A DNA stretch of 27,120 nt from a virus (taxonomy: Duplodnaviria; Caudoviricetes), in IMG/VR virus record IMGVR_UViG_3300035665_000200, positions 1-27,120 of that record; one strand, given 5' to 3'. The notes beneath the pieces were generated by a model that was not told where the DNA came from, ran no database searches, and worked only from the letters and a program-made list of their open reading frames with translations. A program made the position numbers and the translations under genes. Within the stretch, counting starts at the first letter, position 1. Each line of letters opens with the position of its first letter. Below, one piece after another: positions 16,995 through 24,737 of the stretch.

Positions 16995-19916
16995 TTATTT
17001 ACCCTTATAACTTGATGCCATATAATCTTCTACTTCATCAAATATAGACACCATCATTGAAGATTGTTGAGAAGAACCAACAGGGATTGGAACAGGAATT
17101 AACTTCTCATCTACAATCGCACGAATTGTTGCACCTTGTTCATAAGAAGCATAACTTCTTATTACATTCAATGCTCCTTGATAATTTGATTTATTTAATG
17201 CATTCAAGAAACCAGGATAGTTTTCTTCCAATGCTCTGGTTGAATCAGCATCAATTACAAACTCTGGACCTTTTTCTCCAAGTATTGCTCTAGTAAAACC
17301 GTGAACTTTTCCACCTTTTTCAAATTTTTGACTTCCGATTCCTAAAATTTGTCTAACTTTTCTAGAACCTGCATATTCCTTTTCACCAATAGATCCAGTT
17401 CCACCCCACTGATACCCTGGTATATCAATCGCCAAATTTTTTCCGTGATATCCTGGATCTCCAGGACGAAGTTCACTTCCTATTTTAATTCCAAAAGATG
17501 AGAGTAATTTTTTTGCCATCTCCTTTTCTTGAATATTAGAGAAAGCAATATGATCGTGATAATTACTGGGAAGCCCGTGACCCGACAACTCAAAATTTGG
17601 ATGAGATTTATCACCAGTTATGTACTCTACAATACCAAATTTACTTGTTCCTAGTTTAATATCAAAACCTCCACCAGGACGAGATGCAACAGTGGCACCA
17701 AAATTAGGAACACTTGCAATTTTATTTTCTTTATAATTATAATGCCATCCAAAAACATTTCCTCTTGCAGATCTACTGATACCAGTTACACCTTGTCCTT
17801 GTGCCTTGAAATCAGTTCTTCCCTGTATAAAATCTCTGGCATTTTTTTGTAACGTAGGATTTAATATGTTGGCTGCGACTTTTTTTATTGCACCAACTTC
17901 CATACCAGCAGCTGCAGCAGCTGATTCTGCATCTCGAATGGCCAACCACTCTGGATTTGGATTACCACTTCCTTGAGTAGGTCCATTTGGATAATCCCAA
18001 GTTGGTTGATATTGGTTTCTTGCTGTTATGAGTTGTTTAATTGTCTTTCCAGTATATGCACCAGATGCAAGACGATTATAAATTGTTTGTGCAACATCAG
18101 CACTTCCCTGGGGGTCGGCATCTTCTCTTGATGCAACTGCAACCAAAGTCCAAAAATCTTCTGTGCCACCACTAACTGAAAAGTCTCCATCCTCTGGTGA
18201 AAGTGTTGCTCCCTCCTTTGCTTTACCTTCAATTACTTTCAATTCAAGTTGTTTCTTCAAATCATTAAGTATATCATCAACTTTAGGAGTAACACTATCT
18301 TGAAGTGCTTTTGCAATTACATTTTTCATATCCGTACTATTGCTAAACATTCCAGCATCAACTTCTCCACCTTGAGCAAATGCACCTACAGTTCTTTGAA
18401 TTCCTCCACCAACAGTTCTCTGCATCCAAGCAGTTAATCCATCTGCCGCACTTTGATAATCTGCACTAGATGGTCTTTCACCAAGTTGTGCCTTCATCAT
18501 AATACCAAACAATCCACCTAGTCCTGGTGTTGAAGATGCTGTCTTATAAGAACTCTTCATATAACCAAGTGGATTTACATTTTTTGTCTGGTCTTTTGAC
18601 TCAACTTCAGGGAATATTTTTTCAATCTTATCCTTACCACCAACAGATTGACCTGGTTTAACTTCTGTTGGTTTTACCTTTAAAGTTCTTTTTGCTTGTG
18701 ATTTTTGTATGGTTCTTTTGATTGGACCGGTATATTTTCCACCTCTTGTTACAGATCCACCTCCCGCATATTGATATGGTTTATTCGTTTTGGGATCTTT
18801 ATCAACTAATCCCATTTTTCTAAGAGCAGCATCAGCTAAATTATATGCAGCATTCCCTGCTAGAGATGATGCAGCAAATCCTGCAACAGCAAGAGCAATA
18901 GCAGTGGGTAAACCAACTCCTGTTGCACCTAAAGCACCTGCACCAGCAATTGTTGCAGAATACGCACCTATACCAGCTACGGTTCCAGCAACAGCACTTA
19001 AAAGAGTTCTTAATCCATCTTTACCTCTCCCTTGAGATACTAACATTCCAGAATCTATAAGATCTGGAATGAGAAACATTAATCCCAATAATCCACCACG
19101 AGATTTTATGCCCTTAGGTAATCTAAGTTTACCACCTTTTCCCGTTGTTACTTTTGGACGTTGGCGCAATGGATTTCTAATATTTGGTTTACCTGCCTCT
19201 CCGCCCCGACTTGTTGTTACTTTTGGTCTCTTTCCAGGTTTTTTCCCTCTATCATCAGGATAACCCCTATCACGAAGTTCACCAAAAGCAATCGCAGCAA
19301 TAATAGATGCTGTGATGACTTTATCCATCGCACCAACAAATCCATCAAATGCTTTGGTAAAGTTTTCTCCTCCAAGATTTCCTAAAAATTTTCTTGTTTT
19401 GTCGTGAACCTCATATGCTTTATCAACAAAAGAAATCAAACCATTTAAGATTTTACCAGATACATCAATCACAGTATCCTGAACTTTTACAATTGTATTA
19501 ACAACTCCTGCAAGTTTTGGAAGATACGGTAATAAACGAAGTGAAATATAACCAAGAAAAATATTAAATAAAAACTTCTTAATTCTATCAAGAAAACCTA
19601 AACGAGGCAATGAAGGTAATTTTATTTTATCACCTTTATCCTCTTTTGGTTTTTCAAGTTTTTCTTCTCTTTCAGCAAATCTTTTTTTCTCACTTTCTTT
19701 CTTCTTTCTTTCTTCTTCTTTTGCTTTTAATATCGTATTAGTTTTGATTAAATCACTAATTTGAATCACTTGCCTTTTAACAATTCCTAGTTCAAGAGAA
19801 CGATTATCATCAACGATCGACTTAGCACTAATTCTTTTCACAGTAGGTATTAAAGGACTTCCCTTTAAAAGTTTTGCTGGACTGATTTTTGCAGGAGGAA
19901 GTGCTTTAGGTTCCAT
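16995..19916 (-). CDS. Tape-measure-like tail protein with SleB/Hydrolase_2 cell-wall hydrolase and putative zinc-peptidase domains
   Basis: 973 aa; coiled coil, Ala/Gly-rich hydrophobic stretch, (Y/F)AxGG and GEKGPEFVI motifs, LVAVASRE...VAQTIYNR...QLITARNQYQP (SleB-like), RPGDPGYHGKNLAID. Confidence 0.7.
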   Translation of the reverse strand: MEPKALPPAKISPAKLLKGSPLIPTVKRISAKSIVDDNRSLELGIVKRQVIQISDLIKTNTILKAKEEERKKKESEKKRFAEREEKLEKPKEDKGDKIKLPSLPRLGFLDRIKKFLFNIFLGYISLRLLPYLPKLAGVVNTIVKVQDTVIDVSGKILNGLISFVDKAYEVHDKTRKFLGNLGGENFTKAFDGFVGAMDKVITASIIAAIAFGELRDRGYPDDRGKKPGKRPKVTTSRGGEAGKPNIRNPLRQRPKVTTGKGGKLRLPKGIKSRGGLLGLMFLIPDLIDSGMLVSQGRGKDGLRTLLSAVAGTVAGIGAYSATIAGAGALGATGVGLPTAIALAVAGFAASSLAGNAAYNLADAALRKMGLVDKDPKTNKPYQYAGGGSVTRGGKYTGPIKRTIQKSQAKRTLKVKPTEVKPGQSVGGKDKIEKIFPEVESKDQTKNVNPLGYMKSSYKTASSTPGLGGLFGIMMKAQLGERPSSADYQSAADGLTAWMQRTVGGGIQRTVGAFAQGGEVDAGMFSNSTDMKNVIAKALQDSVTPKVDDILNDLKKQLELKVIEGKAKEGATLSPEDGDFSVSGGTEDFWTLVAVASREDADPQGSADVAQTIYNRLASGAYTGKTIKQLITARNQYQPTWDYPNGPTQGSGNPNPEWLAIRDAESAAAAAGMEVGAIKKVAANILNPTLQKNARDFIQGRTDFKAQGQGVTGISRSARGNVFGWHYNYKENKIASVPNFGATVASRPGGGFDIKLGTSKFGIVEYITGDKSHPNFELSGHGLPSNYHDHIAFSNIQEKEMAKKLLSSFGIKIGSELRPGDPGYHGKNLAIDIPGYQWGGTGSIGEKEYAGSRKVRQILGIGSQKFEKGGKVHGFTRAILGEKGPEFVIDADSTRALEENYPGFLNALNKSNYQGALNVIRSYASYEQGATIRAIVDEKLIPVPIPVGSSQQSSMMVSIFDEVEDYMASSYKGK

Positions 19917-19925
19917 AGTTTATGA

Positions 19926-22013
19926 TTATGCTACTCCGTGAATTGCAAGTATTCTCTTTCTCTCATTATTACTATGAATAGAATTAAATGATGGAGCTTT
20001 TGGAACTCCTGGTGATGATGGTATAGAAGGCATCGTCGTGCTTGTTTTACTTGTCGTAGAAACAAGTACAGGTGGAGCAGATGGAGGAGTAATATTTTTT
20101 GCTCTTAAAGGCATTTTTGATAGTTGCATTGGTGACTGCACCATTCCACCTTGAGCATACCTTGGTTCTTTTGATTGATTTGTAGATAAATTCAAAGACA
20201 TTTGATTAATTGTCTTTGGCGAATATACCATTCCACCTTGAGCATATCTTGGTTCTTTTTGACCACCAAGAAGACCTTGTTGCTTTAATTGTTTCATCTG
20301 TTCACCACGAGTGCTCATTCCATATTTTTCTCCAATTATTTTTTGAGACTCTCCCCAGGTCATAGTTTTATCATTACGCCCCAGTAGTCTATTAATTTCA
20401 CTTTGCTGCCTTTCACTTCTACTACTTAATCTAGCAGCGAGTCCCTGAGTATTTTGTTGCAATGAAGGTGTAGGTTGTGGTTTGGAAGGAGAAGTTTGTG
20501 TTGCTGTTTTAGTTTTAGGAACACTTACGTGCCTATTTGCTAAAGGACCATATCCAAACTTAACAAGAGTGCTTGGGGACTTTGGATCTTTATTGTATCT
20601 CTCCACATCTTGTTGGGAATATGTTTGAGTTAAAGGTAACCTGACTTCTCCTACATTAACTCCAAGAAGTTTATTTTGATACATTAAGTTCATTCCCTGT
20701 GGAGCCATTACAGTTCCAGTTCCGGGCAAAAATCTACTCAAAGAACCAATCAATCCTCCACCTTGAGCGTATGTTTTTCCACCCATTATTTTCGGTCTGT
20801 TCGTGCCACCACCTGCAGCATTCATTGCTTCCAGAGTATTCACACCATATTTTTCAACAGCACCACGAGACATTATAAATTCACCATCAGTTAGCATCGC
20901 AGGAATTTTATCTACACCTTTTTCGCCACTTACATATCCAGGATTAAAAGAACCACCACCAAACATCCCAAACAATTTCTTAAAGTTTGCAAATCCACCA
21001 CCTTTAAATGCGGGCATTTTTGGTTGCTTATCTTCACCTTGTCCCACAAAATTTTCTATTCCTTCACTTAGAGCCATTGTGGTTCCAACTGTTGTTGCAA
21101 CTGATAATCCTGTTGCAACTAATTTACCACCTTTACCTCCAAGAAATTTTGCTGCTCCTTTTGCTCCCACCATTTGAGCAACAGTTTGAAGCAACTTTCT
21201 TGCCCCAAAAAATACCAGTTTTGTCAATCCACCAACAAACTTACCAAATCCTGTTCCAAATCTAAGATAAAGTGCAAGAAGTTTTGGCCAATGATCACCA
21301 AAGAATCTAAACAAGGAATCAATTTTTTTCTTGTTTGCTGGATCTGCAAACCAATCCAACAACTTAAGAAAAACTTTACCCCAGAAAATAACCATAAAGA
21401 AATCAATGATTCTTTTAAGCATTGATTTCACTGGAGCAACAACCTTTTCTGCTGTTTTAATTGCAAGAGCAAATCCTTTTTCTAGTTTTGATTCAGCAAG
21501 TGCTCTCTTTGCATTTTCACCCTCTTTTCTTGCTCTTTCGTTTGAATCTTTTTGTGTTTTATTCTGTTGAGTTAAATTTTTAATAATTTCTGCAAGTAAA
21601 TCTATAATTTCTTGAATATCATTTTTCCCAACCATCTTATCTGTTGCTTGAGGAAGTGCTAGTGGTTTTATGCCACCAAGAAATTTTTGTTTTCCCAAAT
21701 TCATTCCAACTGCAGTACCTTTTTTAAAACTTTCTGCAGTGATCTTTTTGACTTTAAATCTACCTTTCTTACCCTTTATTTTTTTCCATTCATTTGTAAG
21801 CAATTCAACTTCTTCTGTTGGAAGAGTTTGCTTTCTCATTCTTGCAGCACCCATCCTCTCTTTGAGAAGAGATGCATAAGTATCATAATCAATATCAAAA
21901 ACACCTTCAAGACCAAGTAATCTTAGTATCCTTTCGTCTATCTTCTCATCAACTAAGGCACGACCATTCTTCGGTTTTAATACTGGTACAATTTTAGAAG
22001 AATTGAGTGCCAT
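19926..22013 (-). CDS. Tape-measure-like tail/baseplate hub protein
   Basis: 695 aa; coiled coil, amphipathic helices, GEKGVDKIPAMLTDGEFIMSRGAV and YAQGG motifs common in tape-measure C-termini; directly follows gp26/gp51. Confidence 0.65.
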   Translation of the reverse strand: MALNSSKIVPVLKPKNGRALVDEKIDERILRLLGLEGVFDIDYDTYASLLKERMGAARMRKQTLPTEEVELLTNEWKKIKGKKGRFKVKKITAESFKKGTAVGMNLGKQKFLGGIKPLALPQATDKMVGKNDIQEIIDLLAEIIKNLTQQNKTQKDSNERARKEGENAKRALAESKLEKGFALAIKTAEKVVAPVKSMLKRIIDFFMVIFWGKVFLKLLDWFADPANKKKIDSLFRFFGDHWPKLLALYLRFGTGFGKFVGGLTKLVFFGARKLLQTVAQMVGAKGAAKFLGGKGGKLVATGLSVATTVGTTMALSEGIENFVGQGEDKQPKMPAFKGGGFANFKKLFGMFGGGSFNPGYVSGEKGVDKIPAMLTDGEFIMSRGAVEKYGVNTLEAMNAAGGGTNRPKIMGGKTYAQGGGLIGSLSRFLPGTGTVMAPQGMNLMYQNKLLGVNVGEVRLPLTQTYSQQDVERYNKDPKSPSTLVKFGYGPLANRHVSVPKTKTATQTSPSKPQPTPSLQQNTQGLAARLSSRSERQQSEINRLLGRNDKTMTWGESQKIIGEKYGMSTRGEQMKQLKQQGLLGGQKEPRYAQGGMVYSPKTINQMSLNLSTNQSKEPRYAQGGMVQSPMQLSKMPLRAKNITPPSAPPVLVSTTSKTSTTMPSIPSSPGVPKAPSFNSIHSNNERKRILAIHGVA
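20140..20259. repeat. 33-bp direct repeat (20140-20172 and 20227-20259, one mismatch) encoding KEPRYAQGGMV twice
   Basis: accattccaccttgagcata(c/t)cttggttctttt, copies 87 nt apart and in frame. Confidence 0.9.
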
Positions 22014-22173
22014 TTACTTGCTGTTGTTTTGTTTTTTCTTCTTCCAGATGCTGCATTAACAATTCAACATAGATGTCTCGTTCCCAAGGCATCATATTTT
22101 CAATCTCCGTTAATGAGTATTTATGGTACTGCATCAAGGCAAAGTTGAGACGAAAATAGCTTTCAAGGTTCAT
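21994..22173 (-). CDS. gp51: Baseplate hub assembly catalyst gp51 (59 aa), missed by the ORF track
   Basis: MNLESYFRLNFALMQYHKYSLTEIENMMPWERDIYVELLMQHLEEEKTKQQQVNGTQFF*; the YSLTEIENMMPWERDIY motif is typical of gp51; adjacent to gp26. Confidence 0.9.
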   Translation of the reverse strand: MNLESYFRLNFALMQYHKYSLTEIENMMPWERDIYVELLMQHLEEEKTKQQQVNGTQFF

Positions 22174-22197
22174 ATGAACCAGTGCTATGCGAAAAAA
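22167..22197 (-). promoter_or_regulatory. Putative -1 programmed ribosomal frameshift signal (slippery heptamer plus hairpin)
   Basis: T-TTT-TTC (22197-22191) in the last codons of gp26; the -1 frame is open into gp51; palindrome GGTTCATATGAACC (22180-22167) starts 10 nt downstream. Confidence 0.6.
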
Positions 22198-22904
22198 GAT
22201 GCTAACCCTTCTAAAATAACTTCACTTTCAACTTGAGTTTTTGGATTTGTAACTTTGACCTTATGAGAAAGTTTAGGCATCGTTTCAAAGAACTTTTCAA
22301 TCTCCTTGAACTGCGATGAATTCATTTGCTCTAAAAATTCATTAAGTTCTTTTTTAGTCACATCAGCAGTAGACCAAACTTCATCCTCAGTATAGATTTT
22401 ATCAATACAAGAAGCAATTAATTCAAATGATTGATCCATTGCATTTGTATTTGAAAAATCAAAATTAGTTTTAATAAACTGCTCAAGTGATGGATACTTC
22501 ATTTCCATCATAATGCTTTTATCTACACGAATTTTATTTGTGTGATCTTCATTCTTTTGGACTTTAATATCATCCAAATTAAGAGTTACTGTAGTTGTAG
22601 TTTCTTCATCATCAGGGCAGATTATATTAACCTCTATTTCCTCTCCAACAGATTTGCCACGAATATTAAGAAACAAATATTCAATATCAAATGTTGGAAG
22701 TGTTTCTACTTTTACACCCTTTGATAAAATACAATTTTTAATTACTGTCTTAATTGCATTTGTGATTTGCTTTGTGTCTTCACTTTCTAAAGCAATCACT
22801 AATACTTTTTCTTCTTTAACTAAAAACGGTCTGTATTGAATTGTCTCTCCTGTTGATGGCAATTCAACTTCATAAGTTGGTGTACTAATCTTTGGTAAAG
22901 GCAT
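22185..22904 (-). CDS. gp26: Baseplate hub subunit/chaperone gp26
   Basis: MPLPKISTPTYEVELPSTG...YRPFLVKEEKVL...FDIEYLFLNIRGKSVGE...FFETMPKL...EGLASFF is the T4-like gp26 pattern. Confidence 0.92.
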   Translation of the reverse strand: MPLPKISTPTYEVELPSTGETIQYRPFLVKEEKVLVIALESEDTKQITNAIKTVIKNCILSKGVKVETLPTFDIEYLFLNIRGKSVGEEIEVNIICPDDEETTTTVTLNLDDIKVQKNEDHTNKIRVDKSIMMEMKYPSLEQFIKTNFDFSNTNAMDQSFELIASCIDKIYTEDEVWSTADVTKKELNEFLEQMNSSQFKEIEKFFETMPKLSHKVKVTNPKTQVESEVILEGLASFFA

Positions 22905-22930
22905 AATGACCTATAGAATTTCAGTATGAT

Positions 22931-22937
22931 TATTTAG
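22931..22937 (-). promoter_or_regulatory. Putative late promoter (CTAAATA) for gp26
   Basis: Overlaps the upstream stop codon, 27 nt before ATG 22904. Confidence 0.55.
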
Positions 22938-23785
22938 TTGTAATCTCTGTAATCACTAGTCTCTGGAGTAATATTGACAGAATTTCCAGATGCAAATGCA
23001 GCAGCATAGTTAACTCCACCAGTTACATTATATCTTGCATAATCTATTCCAAGATTAAGATTTGGATTATAGGAAGATGCATTAATTGCTGCAGCTTGTT
23101 CTGCAGTTATATTATTAAATAAGTTTTTCTGCGACTCAGTATTAAATTCTCCTGTAGTCAAATATCTAGTATAAGTAAAAGAAACTGTACATTTTAATAA
23201 AGAAGAGGAGTCATAGGACACAGGCATTGATTGTATACTAATTGGATATGCCTGCAAAAATCTATAACGAATATATCTTCCATTATAATCTCTTTCAAAT
23301 TTATTAACATAAACTTCTGTCCTATAAAGATTTGGATATCTCACTTTATAAGAATAATTTGGCAGTTCTATTGCTTTATTTTTTACACCATTTTCATCCG
23401 TATATTGCTCATTTGCAATATACCCAATCCAATTTTCAAAAAATTTAATTACGTTATAGTCGTGATCAACATAAAAAGTAAAATCAATTCTATCATCATA
23501 AATTCTACGATATGCGTGTCTCTCTGTTACACCAGTAAAATCATTATTAATATCCAAAGTTGCTAAAGAAGATCCGGGTAGAGAAGTTTCACAACAAAGT
23601 AATGAAAATAATTCTTCATTACCTTCATAAGCAACTCCAATACCAGCTTTTTGTCTTTCCTTTAACCAGTCTTTTACTGCTTGAGGTGGATTGAACCAAC
23701 ACTGAAAATGAGAGGTTAGTGCAGGTCTTAATATTTTTGATTTTATATCAAATACACTTTTCTTTGATGGAGACGGAGATGCCAT
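22934..23785 (-). CDS. Tail tube initiator (T4 gp54/gp19-like fold)
   Basis: LLCCETSLPG...IDFTFYVD...FFENW...AYPISIQSMPVSY...CTVSFTY are tube-fold motifs; gene is divergent from gp4. Confidence 0.7.
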   Translation of the reverse strand: MASPSPSKKSVFDIKSKILRPALTSHFQCWFNPPQAVKDWLKERQKAGIGVAYEGNEELFSLLCCETSLPGSSLATLDINNDFTGVTERHAYRRIYDDRIDFTFYVDHDYNVIKFFENWIGYIANEQYTDENGVKNKAIELPNYSYKVRYPNLYRTEVYVNKFERDYNGRYIRYRFLQAYPISIQSMPVSYDSSSLLKCTVSFTYTRYLTTGEFNTESQKNLFNNITAEQAAAINASSYNPNLNLGIDYARYNVTGGVNYAAAFASGNSVNITPETSDYRDYN

Positions 23786-23786
23786 C

Positions 23787-23794
23787 TATAAATA
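23787..23794 (+). promoter_or_regulatory. T4 late promoter, perfect TATAAATA
   Basis: Exact T4 gp55 consensus about 35 nt upstream of the gp4 ATG in the divergent spacer. Confidence 0.8.
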
Positions 23795-23828
23795 CTTTTT
23801 AACTGGTATATATTATGTATTAAGGAAA

Positions 23829-24272
23829 ATGGCAGAAAGTATTAAGAGTAAATACAAACCATCTTATCCACAAAAATACAAAGGTGACCCAAATAATATT
23901 ATTTGTAGAAGTAGTTGGGAAAGACGTTTCTGTAGTTGGTGTGATTTAAATGAAAATATTTTAGAATGGGGCAGTGAAGAATTTTACATTCCATATCGTT
24001 CTCCAGTAGATAATAGAGTTCACAGATACTTTCCAGATTTTATTATTAAAGTAAAAGAACAATCTGGAAAAGTTAAAACTTATGTAATTGAAGTAAAACC
24101 CAAAAAACAAACTGTTCCTCCACAAAAAAAGAGTAGAGTCACTAAATCATATCTTTATGAATGTACGACTTATGCAGTGAATCAAGCAAAGTGGAAAGCT
24201 GCAGAAGAGTTTTGTAAGGACAGATTATTGGAGTTTAAAGTAATCACAGAAGAAGATTTGGGTATCAAGTAA
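23829..24272 (+). CDS. gp4: Head completion protein gp4 (TnsA-like nuclease fold)
   Basis: KYKGDPNNIICRSSWE...WGSEE..IPY.SPVDNRVHRYFPDF...IEVKP...NQAKWKAA. Confidence 0.93.
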   Translation: MAESIKSKYKPSYPQKYKGDPNNIICRSSWERRFCSWCDLNENILEWGSEEFYIPYRSPVDNRVHRYFPDFIIKVKEQSGKVKTYVIEVKPKKQTVPPQKKSRVTKSYLYECTTYAVNQAKWKAAEEFCKDRLLEFKVITEEDLGIK

Positions 24273-24661
24273 TGGCAGAAGGTTTCGGTCAATATATTGC
24301 AGGATCAACGGCAAGAGTTAGAAAACTCAAACAAGAAGTTGGAAGGATGAGTGTAAAAGATCCAGAAGACATTATGGTTTTGATTATGGATATCTTTAAA
24401 GAAAAAACTTGGATACCAGAACCAGGAAAGTTTTATACGTTCGTTTATAATCCTAAGACTCCAAATATTGAATATGATCAGCACCCGTTAATTGCTTGTA
24501 CAGAAGTTCAACGGTGGGGATTTAAAGCAATTAATTTTCACTGGAGAGAATCAAGAAATTATACTTGGGAAGAAATAGCAGGACAACTTCACGTCATTAA
24601 GTATGAAGAACTTGATGAACTTCTTTCTATACCTTATGCAAAATTCCTTCTAAATAAATAA
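24272..24661 (+). CDS. gp2: DNA end protector protein gp2-like (short form)
   Basis: PGKFYTFVYNPKT...YDQHPLI...GFKAINFHW; TAATG overlap with gp4. Confidence 0.75.
   Translation: MAEGFGQYIAGSTARVRKLKQEVGRMSVKDPEDIMVLIMDIFKEKTWIPEPGKFYTFVYNPKTPNIEYDQHPLIACTEVQRWGFKAINFHWRESRNYTWEEIAGQLHVIKYEELDELLSIPYAKFLLNK
24650..24660 (+). promoter_or_regulatory. Overlapping late promoter boxes CTAAATAAATA
   Basis: Located at the gp2 3' end, upstream of gp48. Confidence 0.6.
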
Positions 24662-24674
24662 AAACTCCTTATAA

Positions 24675-24737
24675 ATGTCTCATACTCTACAAAAAATTGA
24701 GATCATTAATCCTCTTGTAAACGGGGAGAGAGTTTGA
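24675..24737 (+). CDS. 20-aa mini-ORF coupled to gp48
   Basis: MSHTLQKIEIINPLVNGERV*; its TGA overlaps the gp48 ATG (TGATG). Confidence 0.35.
   Translation: MSHTLQKIEIINPLVNGERV

Noticed and set aside
20140-20259. Repeat as CRISPR or DGR template/variable pair
   Set aside because: Only two copies, in frame in a CDS, one synonymous change, no cas or reverse transcriptase gene in the window
17057-21920. Many + strand ORFs of 60-124 aa
   Set aside because: Antisense shadows of the two tape-measure-like genes
23813-23822. ATACATA as minus-strand late promoter for the tube-initiator gene
   Set aside because: Mismatch in the TAAATA core within a very AT-rich spacer; too weak to call
23829-24272. 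TnsA-like fold as a transposon or homing endonuclease
   Set aside because: Matches core T4 gp4 in its normal context next to gp2; no element ends
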